64,000 bases of DNA, from NCBI GenBank assembly GCA_030390025.1, contig CM059432.1:78432001-78496000 (forward strand), given 5' to 3'. Under the pieces are notes generated by a model. The model had not been told where the DNA came from. It did no database searches and saw nothing but the letters and a program-made list of their open reading frames with translations. The position numbers and the translations under genes were made by a program. Source of the stretch: Squalus acanthias (lineage: Eukaryota). Shown here one piece after another: positions 48,339 to 59,902 of this stretch. Numbering within the stretch: position 1 is the first letter of the stretch; every line of letters begins with the position of its first letter.

Positions 48339-50721
48339 GTGAGTCATTACCATCAGTTCATTTGAAAATACGTCATTGCTGCTGTAAATCGGCTGAACAA
48401 CTTAAGTTGAAATCTTTTAAGCTGTGCATTTCTTCACAGTGGGTTTAGGTCTATTAAGAATATTTCAATTTGTTCTTCTTTAAATTATGCAAATTCAACT
48501 TCTCCCTTTGGTCTGAAACTTGAGGTCTGGGAAGTGCAGTAATGTAATACCTCTGTGTTCATGCATTTAAAGAGCAATAATCAAAGAGGGAAGGGATGAG
48601 CTTATTTCCTGAAGGACAAAATGCAAGCAAATAAAAGGCTGTTACCTTATCACTGTTTTAGCAATGCTAACGGGAGACAGTTTCTAATGTTTTAATGCAA
48701 ACCTGAAATTATACTACCTCTGTTGATTAATATGTACTGACACTGAAGGTAATTTTAGAACTCTATAGTCTAGCATCATGAAGCAAAAATTATACTTTAT
48801 TAGAAATGACATGTTAAATAAACAGATATCCCTGTATGATATCATTCTAAACCAATGAAAAATATATTTATTTAAATTAGGTCTATCGTGCTGTCACATT
48901 GTTTAATGCAGTTAAATTAAAAAATCCAAACTCTATTTACAGATTCATAAGAACAGCAACTGATTTACTTGGCCAGTTTTAATAAAACTGATTGTGCATA
49001 ATATGATAATTAATTGAGACTTATATCGATTCATGTATTTAGAACATAAGATAAGAACATAAGAAATAGGAGCAGGAGTAGGTCATTTGGCCCTTCGAGC
49101 CTGCTCCGCCATTCAATAAGATCATGGCTGATCTTCTACCTCATCTCCACTTTCCTGAACTATCCCCATATCCCTTGATTCCCTTAATATTCAAAAATCT
49201 ATCGATCTCTGTCTTGAATATACTCAACGACTGAGCCTCCACAGCCCTCTGGGGTAGAGAATTCCAAAGGTTCACCACCCTCTGAGTGAAGAAATCTCTC
49301 CTTCTCCTCATCTCAGTCCTAAATGGCTGACCCCTTATTCTGAGACTGTGACCCCTGGTTCTAGACTCCCCAGTCAGGGGAAACATCCTCCCTGCATCTA
49401 CCCTGTCAAGCCGTGTAAGAATTTTGTATGTTTCAATGAGATCACCTCTCATTCTTCTAAACTCTAGAGAATATAGGCCTAGTCTACTCAATCTCTCCTC
49501 ATAGGACAATCCCCCCATCCCAGGAACCAGTCTGGTGAACCTTCGTTGCACTCCCTCTATGGCAAGTATATCCTTCCTTAGGTAAGGAGACCAAAACTGT
49601 ACACAATACTCCAGGTGTGGTCTCACCAGGGCCCTATATAATTGCAGTAAGACGTCTTTACTCTTATACTCAAATCCTCTTGTAATAAAGGCCAACATAC
49701 CATTTGCTTTCCTAATTGCTTGCTGTACCTGCATGTTAACTTTCAGTGATTCGTGTACAAGGACACCCAGGACCCTCTGAACACCAACATTTTCCAATCT
49801 CTCACCATTTAAAAAATACTCTGCTTTTATATTTTTCCTACCAAAGTGGATAACTTCACATTTCTCCACATTATATTACATTTGCCATGTTCTTGCCCAC
49901 TCACTTAGCCTGTCTATAACCCCTTGAAGCCATTACATTACATTTGGTCCCCTCATCCAAATCATTGATGTAGATTGTGAATAGCTGAGGCCCAAGCACT
50001 GATACTTGCGGTACCCCACTAGTTACAGACTGACAACCTGAAAATGACCCGTTTATTCCTACTCTCTGTTTTCTGTCCGTTAACCAATCCTCAATCCATG
50101 CTCGAATATTACCCCCAATCCCATGAGCCCTAATTTTGTTTAATAACCTCTTGTGTGGCACCTTATCGAATGCTTTCTGAAAATCCAAATACACCACATT
50201 CACTGGTTCCTCCTTATCAATTCTGCTAGTTACAATCTCAAACAACTCCAACAGATTAGTCAAACATGATTTCCCTTTCATAAATCCGTGTTGACTCTGC
50301 CCAATCCTATTATTATTTTCTAAGTGCCCTGTTACCACGTCCTTAATAATAGATTCTAGCATTTCCCTACTACTGATGTCGGGCTAACTGGTCTGTAGTT
50401 CCCCGTTTTCTCTCTCCCTCCTTTCTTCAATAGTGGGGTTACATTTGCTACCTTCCAATCCGTGCGAACCATTTCAGAATGTATGGAATTTTGGAAAATG
50501 ACAACCAATGCATCCACTATCTCTATAGACAACTCTTTCAAAACCCTAGGATGTAGGCCATCAGGTCCAGGGGATTTATTGACTTTCAGTCCCATTAATT
50601 TCTCCAGTACTATTTTTTTACTAATACTAATTTCTTTCAGTTCCTCATTCTCACTAGACAATTGGTTGTCCACAATTTCCAGGAAGTTTTTTGCATCTTC
50701 TTCCGTGAAGACAGACACAAA

Positions 50722-51545
50722 AGCCGGAATTTTGCTGGCACTCAGGGGGCAGGCAGTTAACAGGCTGTTTTTCAATTTTGACACTTCTACTTCGGATTCC
50801 CGACGTCCGGACACCACACCAGGTAAGTGTGGTGTGTTTTGAGTCTGCTGTAATGTTTCTGCATTGACGACAGCTGCAGAAGTGGTGTGAAGGATCCAAT
50901 GGTGCACTGGTGAGTTTCAGAGGTAAGAAAATGTTGGGAAATTCATTTTAATGCATTTAGACTTTTCTGTAGGTAACAGATTTTGAATTGTATGTGTAGT
51001 CCCACCTCATTGGGAGAACGTCTCTCACCAGTGACAGATCGCTTCTGTAACCTCACCTGTAGCTGCCATCTGTTCTAGCCTAAGGAGGGAGTCACTGGAG
51101 AGCCTGGGTGCAAGAGCTCACCTGTGAACAATGATTGTCAGTGTTTGCAGCACCTCAATGCTGTCATACACTGAGAAATCAGCTGTCAAAAAAAAATTGT
51201 GTGCGGTCCCTTTTAAGAAAACCGGCAGATGACGCATCATCAAATGACGTGCTGTATAACTCTATGACTCTATATGGGATTAGATTAGACAGGGCTTGAT
51301 GGCCGGCGTGGACACGATGGGCCGAAATGCCTCTATCCGTGCTGTATAACTCTATGACTCTCTATGACTCTATGACGTCATCTGACCGGCTTCCTCTTAA
51401 TTGGCCGGCAAGCCCACAGGGCGAGCTTAACAAGGTCAATTGACGTGAAATCACGTCTGTGGGCTGGATGTTGTTGGGCACCGGAATGGAACCCGGAAAC
51501 CAGCTGACCCGCTCCCGAGTCGCATCGATCAAGAAAATCGCGGCT
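50722..51545. mobile_element. Non-autonomous Harbinger-type element (MITE) containing a small CR1 3' end (51250-51375)
   Basis: Imperfect TIRs AGCCGGAATTTT / AAAATCGCGGCT, 3-bp TSD AAA restoring the CR1 sequence ACACAAAGTATT; related copy at 58075-58721. Confidence 0.8.
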
Positions 51546-52214
51546 AAAGTATTTGTTTAATTTCTCGGCCATTTCCTTATTCCCCATTATAATTTCTCCT
51601 GTCTCAGCCTGTAAGGGACCCACATTCACTTTTGCTAATCATTTCCTTTTTACATACCTATAGAAGCTTTTACAGTCTGTTTTTATGGGCTGGATTTTGC
51701 CAGGCTCGAGGAGGCGGGTTTGGAGGCGTGTGAGTTGTTAAAATTGCAAAAAATGGCGGTCGGATCCGATCCCGCCTCCAGCCCGCCTCTGAGCAATTTT
51801 CCCACAATCGGTTTCAGACGTCGTTTCCATCCCGCCTCCAAGAGGCGGAATAGGCCCTTAAGGCCCTTAACAACCAGTTAAGTACCTCTATAATCCCATT
51901 TTGAGAGTCCTTTCTGAATTTAACACATTTCCCCTGTGCTGCACGTCTCCTCTGGAACACACCAGTGAATCCTGGCGGCCTCACAAGTGGATTGCTTACT
52001 AACAGCTGCAGCTCCACCATTAAAAAGGAGTTTTCAGCAATCATCATTTGCAGGTGGCAGAACTTTGTTATCTCAGGTCTGGGGGAACTTTTAGCAGGCA
52101 TACTCATTGTTGTGGAAGTTTGGAGCCCGAGACCCATCTCCAGTGTGACCTCCTGGGAAACCCTTCTCCCCACCTTGACTGAGCGCTTCCTCAACTGAGG
52201 TATATACCAGAAGC

Positions 52215-53482
52215 ATGGGAACCATTTATTTCCTTTCCTCCTGGACATCAGATCCGAATGAAGACCAGCCACGGCAGCAGCAGAACCCTGAACAACAGCA
52301 GCACCAACAGCAGGAGCAACAACAGGAGCGCCAAGCTGCTGCTCACCCACCTGAAGCTGCACAGGCCAGAAGGCGCCAGCGCATGGAAGCACGTCGCCGC
52401 AGGAGATACCCCCAAAACAGGGTTTACAGACAGAGGATGAGCTACCTCAACATGACTGAGCAGCAGTGCCAAAGGAGGCTCAGACTTTCGCGAGAGGTAG
52501 TGGGTGACATCTGCGCAATGCTACAGCAAGACCTGGAGCCCAGAGGACTGGGTGGACACTCCTTACCAGTGGCCGTCAAAGTCACCACCGCACTCAACTC
52601 TTTTGCTTCAGGCTCATTCCAGGGATCAACAGCAAACATCAGCGGCATCTCCCAGGGGGCCGCACACACTTGCATCATGCAGGTTACCGATGCCCTCTTT
52701 GCCATCGCGCACAATTACATCAACTTCTCCAAGGATCAAGCAAGTGTAAGCGCGCGTGCGCTTGGATTTGCTAATCTGGCAGGCTTTCCAAGGGTGCAGG
52801 GCGTCGTTGACTGCACACATGTGGCCCTTCAGGCACCCCATCACAATCCAAGTATTTTTGTCAACTGCAAGGGCTTCCACTCCCTCAACCTGCAGCTGGT
52901 GTGTGACCACAAGAAGGAAATTTTGCATGCTTGCGCCAAGTACCCTGGCAGTTGCCATGACTCCTTCATCCTGCGCCAGTCTAGTGTGCCTCCGCTCTTC
53001 AGTCCGCCAGACCAACTTTTCGGATAGTTACTTGGAGACAAGGGCTCTCCCCTTAAGACGTGGCTAATGACGCCATTGAGGAGGCCATCCAACGAAGCTG
53101 AGGAGCACTACAACTCCAGCCACATTTCCAACAGATCCATAATCGAGCAAACCATCGGCTTGCTGAAGATGCGATTCAGATGCCTTGATAGATCAGGTGG
53201 AGCCCTGCAGTACTCAGTGGCTAGGGTCTAGATTCTATGTTTCTATGTTTCTATGTCTCCAGAATGGTCGTGGTCTGCTGTGCACTTCACAACATGGCAC
53301 AGCATTGTGGCTTGCAGCTGGCTGAGGTACAAGTGGCTGATCGCATAGCCTCCTCAGATGAGGAGGAGGAGGAGAGCGACAACGAACAGCTTGCGGAGGC
53401 GCATCAACCAGCGGCAGCAGCACGCGAGCACATTGCTGCCCGGGAGGCAAGGGATGCACTCATCGTGGCCAGATTTGCTTAG
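52215..53482 (+). pseudogene. Harbinger DDE transposase with a premature stop (53025) and a CR1-tail micro-insertion
   Basis: Close homolog of the H2 transposase; [39 protein letters not shown]. Confidence 0.93.
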
Positions 53483-53727
53483 CCTGCCCAATCAAACACT
53501 TTTGCCTCGCACCTTCTTACCAGAGCATCGACAATGGACAAGAACCTGCGGATTCCTATCACTCTGACCACCATACTGACAATTGCAAGTTGCCCTAAGT
53601 CCTCAATGTGGAAGTCCCATTTGCGAAATGACACAGGCCACAACTTCAACAGTTTGCCATCAAATTTTTTATCATCACAATTCACGGATGGCTTTTCAAA
53701 ATTAAACACAACATAACACCCAAGTGA

Positions 53728-55715
53728 CTACCCTTGTGACTCCTTGTGCATTATCTTCCTCTTACGCGTGCTCCTACGTGGTGCTTCTCCTGTGGCTTCA
53801 GCACATGTGGAGGCCCCTTGCTCACTTTCTTGCTGCTCCTGTCTTAACACCTTTGGCGGGCGTCCTCTGGGGTTGCGAGCCTGTGAGGGCTCGGCAACTG
53901 TCTGCTGCTCCTGCGGCTGGGCAGGGGCTGAGACGCCGATCTCAGTTGGGTGGGGACTCTGGTGGGGCTCTGACCGAGGGCTCTGCAGTGGCATGCTCAT
54001 GTAAGCGCTTGGAGAGGAGCCCCCACTTCCTTGTTCTCTGCCACCAAAATCCCTCTCATGGGTCAGCCCCACTTCAGAGCTAGGAAGTGGCTTGAGAGCA
54101 CCTTGCTGCACTTCAGGGGGGCCATGAGGACCCGTTTCTGCACTGGAAGTCCTACTCCAGAGGACTTCCATGAAGGTCTGGTTTCTCTGCTCAATAGCTG
54201 ACCATCGCTCCCCAAGAAATGTCAGTCTATTCTGAACAATGACCATGTTTTCAAGACCCTGGCAACTTAGCTCCTCCATGGCCGTAGCCATCCTCTCCTC
54301 TACCGTAGCCATCCTCTCCTCTACGGTAGCCAGCCTTACCACGGAGTTAGCCATCCTTTCCACGGAGGTTGCCATCCTTTCAGCGGTGATGCGTTAATGC
54401 GCCAATGCCTCCACAAATGCTCTGCTCATGTTCGCGATGGACCCCTCCATTCGCTCCACACTTGCAGCGACCCTGGAGACAAAACCTGCCAGAGACTCCT
54501 GTACCTGTTCCTGGAGTTCCAGCACCGCTCTCCTTCTGGATGGACCCGGAAGCACAGGGTCGACATGCAGCTGAGCCAAGCTGGGAGAGTCCTGCACCCT
54601 CCGACGAGAACTCTCCACTACTGTCCCTGTCTCCACCATCTGCTGATGCTCACTTGTGAGCTGTGATACACCAGGTGACAACATTACTCTGTCTCGCGAA
54701 GGTCCCACCGAGATGTGAGTTTCTGTGCTGGTGCTGGGTGCGCTTAATTCTGCTGACGCTGCGCTCTCAGAGGTTGCAGCTTCCTCTAAGGAGTCTTCTG
54801 GCTCAGGCTGCTCCTCCTGGACAATGGGGAGGGGAGCTGTCGATTATCCTGTGCGGGAGTAAAGGAAAGAGTTAGACACATGAGATAAACGTTGCATGCA
54901 CATTGAAGCATCATAATCCATATTAGTCACTCATACAATGTCAATGAGAGAGATGCAAAACTATTCTGTCACCAGCTTGCTCTGATGCGCCCGTCTGTCC
55001 GTCCACCACTTACGCATCCTCCTCCACTCCCACGATCTCCAGGGCCACCTCCTCCGCAGTGGTGAGCTGGGCTATTGAGGGTGGCTCTCCTCCTGTCCTC
55101 GTCCTCTCCCTCTTATTGTGGGCTCTCTTTTCCTGCAATGAGGGACACAAGTGGAGTTTGAGTGAGAATGAAGGAGTGAGTGTAGAGAATCCATAATATA
55201 GGTGCTTAGAAGGACACAAAGATAGAGTGAGGTGCCAAGACCAAGGGCCCTTCCTGTGTGTTGTAAGTTGTTGTCATAGCATCACAGTGATAGGGAGTGT
55301 GAGGGCTGCATAGTCGAATAGTTAAGTGAATGTGATCATAGAGAGAGAGTGAATGGGTAAGTGTGCAGAGATATAAGGGTGAAGTGGGATGTGGAGGAGG
55401 AGGTTGACAAAGCAGAGTGCTGGTGATGAGAGGCGATGGGGATCAGATTGAGGGTCATGGGGATGGAATACTCACTTTTCCTGTGCGGAGAAGGTCATGA
55501 AACCTCTTTCTGCACTGCAGCCGGGTTCTGCTTCACATTGAAATGGCATTCACCTCCTGTGCCACTTGCAGCCACAAAGCTTTGGTCTGTTGTGGAGGCT
55601 TTTTCCTCCCTGAGGAAGGAAAGAGCATTTCCTTATTTGCTCTTGCTCCGTCCACCAGAGCTTGGAGGGAGGCCTCATCGAATCTGGGTGCACACTTTGG
55701 TCTGGTGCTGGACAT
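53728..55715 (-). pseudogene. Harbinger Myb/SANT-like gene, 3 exons, decayed
   Basis: MSSTRPKCAPRFDEASLQALVDG..LWLQVAQEV..QCRKRFHDL; exon 2 EKRAHNKRER; heptad repeats; same structure as H2. Confidence 0.88.
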
Positions 55716-56498
55716 AGTTGCAGTAGGAATCCCTCAGAAGTATGTTGATAAAGTTGAAAGGCTGAAAAAGAACCAAGGCTGCTTGCAGGCCTTAAATCCA
55801 GCTGCATAGATGACATCATCGGAGGCGAGTTTCAGTATCAAAAGACTCATTGGGCCAGGGGTTCCCACACACGGGAAATCAATTGCCCAATTCGGGCAAA
55901 ATCGCACTTTTGTCCCACCTCACATCGGAAGCAGGGTCCTGACACACCAACCACCTGACACGCCCCTAGCCCGACCCCAATGACAAAATCCAGCCCTATG
56001 TCTCTCGCTAGTTTAATCTCATATTCTATTTTCCCTTTCTTTATCAATTTCCTGGTCCTCCTTTGCTGAATTCTAAAATCCTCCCAATCCTCAGGCTTAC
56101 TACTCCTTTTGGCAGCATTATAAGCCTCTTCCTTTGATCTAATACCATCTTTAACTTCTCTTGTTTGCCACGGTTGGACCACTTTTCCTGTGGGGTTTTT
56201 GTGCCTTAAAGGAATGTATATTTGTTGTAAATTATGTATTAATTCTTTAAATGCTAGCCATTGCTCGTCCACGGTCCTACCTTTTAATGTAGTTTCCCAA
56301 TCTACCTTAGCCAACTCGCCCCTCATACCTACGTAGTTTGCTTTGTTTAGATTTAAGACCCTAGTTTCGGATTTAACTAAGTCACTTTCAAACTCAATAT
56401 AAAATTCTATCATATTATGGTTACTCTTCCCTAAAGGCCCCTTTACTACAAGATTATTAATTAACCCTTTCTCGTTGCACAATATTAGATAGAGTCAT

Positions 56499-57259
56499 GG
56501 GCTGGATTTTGATACTGGGGCGGGTTGGGGTCGTGTCATCCACTTTTCGTGTTATCCACCCAACTGCAATTGGATGTGGGAGATTGATGCGATTTTCACC
56601 TAATTGGGCAATTGAGTTCCAGCATGTGGGAACCCATGAACTAATTAGTGTTTTCAGTCTAAAAGTTGCCTCTGATGATGTCATCATTGCTGCTGCATTG
56701 ATGGTCTGCAAAGACTGCCTGGCCTTTGCTATGAGAGGACCTGGATGCAAAATGAGCAGCAGCAGCCCTAAGTCTGCTCCCAGATCAGTCTCCCATTCAC
56801 CACCACTCCCAGATCAGTCTCCCATTCACCACCACTCCCAGATCAGTCTCCCATTCACCACCACTCCCAGATCAGTCTCCCATTCACCACCACTCCCAGA
56901 TCAGTCTCCCATTCACCACCACTCCCAGATCAGCCAGCCAGCCAGCCAGCCATCCAAATGTGCTCCCGTCAGGTTTCACATTCGTGGTTCAGAACAGGCG
57001 TGCTTAACGTAGAAAAGGGGTTAAAATCACAAAGGCCTTTCAAAATGGCATTATAGAGGCAATTTAGTGCTTGTTAAGGGCCTTAACAGTCTATCCCGTC
57101 TCTAAGAGGTGGGATGGAATCGGGACCAGCAAATACAATTTAATGAAAATTGCGTGGAGGCGGGATGGAGGCGGGCTTGTGCCCACCCACCAGTTTTCGC
57201 AATTTTAACCTCCCACACGCCTCCAAACCCACCTCCACGGGTCAATGAAAATCCAGCTC
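56499..57259. mobile_element. Internally deleted non-autonomous relative of the H2/H4 family
   Basis: TIRs GGGCTGGATTTT / AAAATCCAGCTC; both subterminal regions homologous to H4; retains the Myb start MSSSSPKSAPR. Confidence 0.85.
56777..56933. repeat. 29-bp minisatellite, ~5 copies (CAGATCAGTCTCCCATTCACCACCACTCC)
   Basis: Unit recurs at 56781, 56810 and onward. Confidence 0.95.
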
Positions 57260-57262
57260 TAA

Positions 57263-57933
57263 ATAGAGTCATACAACACAAATGGAGGCCATTCGGCCCA
57301 TCAAGTCCGTGCCGGCTCTCTGTAGAGCAATCCAGTCAGTCCCACTCCCCCGTTCTATCCGCGTAGCCTTGCAAGTTTATTTCCCTCAAGTGCCTATTAT
57401 CCAGTCTCTCCTTGAAAACATTGAGTGTCTCCACTTCCACCACCTCTGTCAGCAGCGAATTCCAGGCCCTCACTACTCGCTGCGTAAAAAAGCTTTTCCT
57501 CACGTCCCCCCTGTATCCCTTGCCCAAAACCTTAAATCTGTGTCCCCTAGTCCTTGTACCATCAACTAGTGGGAACACCCTTTCCCCGTCTAGCCTATCC
57601 AAACCCGTCATAATCTTGTACACCGCTATCAAATCACCCCTCAACCTCCTTTGCTCTAATGAAAACAAATCCAGCTTCTCCAACCTGTCCTTGTAGCTAA
57701 GATCCCCCATCCCCAGAACCATTCTGGTAAATCTTCTCTGCACCCTCTCAAGGGCCTTCACATCCTTCCTAAAGTGTGGTGACCAGAACTGGACACAATA
57801 CTCCAGTTGTGGCCTAACCAGCGCTTTATAAAGGTTCAGCATAACTTCTCTACTTTTGTACTCAATACCTCTATTTATGAAACCCAAGATCCCATATGCT
57901 TTGCTAACCACTCTCTCAATATGTCCTGCCACC
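57263..57933 (-). mobile_element. 5'-truncated CR1 with (TATGACTC)n tail; the tail extends to ~56489 beyond the MITE
   Basis: ORF2 C-terminus 57336-57932; ATAGAGTCAT on both sides of the MITE. Confidence 0.9.
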
Positions 57934-58074
57934 TAAAATAGCCTGTTCCCTAGTTGGTTCCTCAACATACTGATCTAGAAAACTATCTTGCATACATTCC
58001 ATGAATTTGTCCTCCACACTATTACTGCAAATTTGGTTTGCCCAGTCTATATGTAGATTAAAGTCTACTATTTA

Positions 58075-58721
58075 TACAGGTAGTTAACAGGCAGTTAAGA
58101 GGCTTTTTCCCATTTTGAGACTTCTGCTGCGGGCTTCCTGATGTCGGGGAACCCCACCAGGGTAAGTGAGGCATGCTGTGGGTCTGTTGTTATGTTTGTG
58201 TATTGATGACAGCTGCAGAAGTGGTGTGAAGGATACAATGGGACACTGGTGAATATCAGAGGTAATTAAATGTTGGGAAAGTCATTTTTAATGTGTTTAG
58301 ATTTTTCTGTAGGTGACAAGCTTTGAAGTGTTTGTGTGGCCTCACCTCATTGGCAGAAGTGACAGATCACTTCTGTACCCTCACCTACAGCTGCTATCTA
58401 TTTTATCCTAAGGAGAGAGTCGTTGGTGTGTCTGGGTGCAAGGGCTCACCTTTGTACAGTGATTGGCAGTGTTTGATGGCACCTCAATGCTATCAAACAC
58501 TGACAGATCATCTGTCAAAAATAAAAGGTTCATGTCACTTTAAGAAAGCCGGCATCTGACACCAGCTTTCCCTTAATTGGCTGGCAAGCCTGCAGGGCGG
58601 GCATAACACGGCCAATCAGGGGAATATAGCGTTTGTGCGTCGGACATCGCTGGGGGTGGGCCTAGAACCCGGAAGGCAGCAGTCCTGCCCCCAACTCGTC
58701 TCGGCAGATAAAATCCAGCCC
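58075..58721. mobile_element. Harbinger-type MITE, left end lost; relative of 50722-51545
   Basis: Shared blocks GACAGCTGCAGAAGTGGTGTGAAGGAT and TTAATTGG; right TIR AAAATCCAGCCC. Confidence 0.75.
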
Positions 58722-58844
58722 ATAGTGTCAGAGGACTATTTTACCCATGAGGGCACCACAGCCAAATCCAATCCTGTACTCACTAACATTCACACAAACC
58801 TTCCAGAAGTGGTCAGGGATCAGGACCAGGAACCCCTTTTGGTT

Positions 58845-59902
58845 CAACAGGATGAGAAACTATAGTTATGAGGAGAGACTTGATCCATGGGACTATTTCC
58901 AATGCATCAGAGAAGGATAAGAGGAGATTTAATAGAAACATTTATTTACACAAAGCAAGATAGATTTATTGGATTGCACACTGGTGCTATTTCGGTGGGG
59001 AGAGAAGCAGAATAAATATTGTGTTTAAGTATGCAGAGGAGTGAAATACTTAGCAATACCAGGTAAAAGCAGAGCGCTGTTAGTGCCTGTTGTGAGAGGT
59101 AAGTGTGTGATTGGAATGAGAAGAAGAGTTGGTGCAGTGTTCCCTGTGATTGGTGGCTACAAAACAGAAAACAGAGGGTAGGAGTTCAGGGAAGTTTCTT
59201 GAACTGGCAGAAACAGAGTGGTGTCCCGCAGAGATCCATGCTGGGACCACTGCTGTCAACCATAAATATAAATGACTTGGACCCATAAATTGGAGGTATG
59301 GTGTCAAAATTTGCAGATGCTACCAAACTGGTGGTATAGCTAATAATGTAGAGGATTGCACCAAAATATAAGACAACATAAACAGGCTTGCAGAGTGAAT
59401 GGATAAATGACAATGAAAGTAAGTAGACCACTTATTCCTTGGAAGGTAAGAAACTAAATCATAGAATGATATAGCACAGAAGGAGGCCATTCAGCCTATC
59501 GTGCCTGTGCCCTCTCTTTGAAAGAGCTATCCAATTAGTCCCACTCCCCTGCTCTTTCCCCATATACAAGAGTATTGGTTTTTTTGCACTGAGAGTCTTG
59601 CTCACTTCAATCTTCGAAATCAAACATTTCCCCTTCAAGTATTTATCCAATTCAATGAATTAGAGAAGCAAAGAGATCTGGGAATACAGATATATAAATT
59701 TCTAAAAGTAGCATCACAAATTGTTAAGACCATAAAGAATGCAAACAAAGTACTAGGGTTTATTTCTAGTGAAATAGAATACAAAAGTGTGAGGTAATAT
59801 TAAATTTATATAGAACCTTGGTTAGACCATACTTGCAAAAGGATTTTGAAGTACTAGAGAAAGTGCAGAAAAGTTTTACAAGGATGTTACCAGAATTGAG
59901 AA
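58845..59902 (+). mobile_element. Old degenerate CR1 fragments (continuing at ~62190-62605) with a minus-strand CR1 3' end at ~59455-59655
   Basis: Decayed RKQRV, GVPQRSMLGPLL, SKFAD, LVRP motifs. Confidence 0.7.

Larger units (their letters stand above)
51687..55996. mobile_element. PIF/Harbinger transposon H4 (complete)
   Basis: 16-bp TIRs GGGCTGGATTTTGCCA / TGACAAAATCCAGCCC, TSD TAT, inserted in CR1. Confidence 0.97.
49039..58070 (-). mobile_element. CR1 LINE broken into pieces (49039-50721, 51546-51686, 55997-56488, ~57938-58070)
   Basis: ORF2 RT and EN fragments are contiguous once the inserts are removed; (TATGTTCT)n tail at 49039. Confidence 0.9.
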
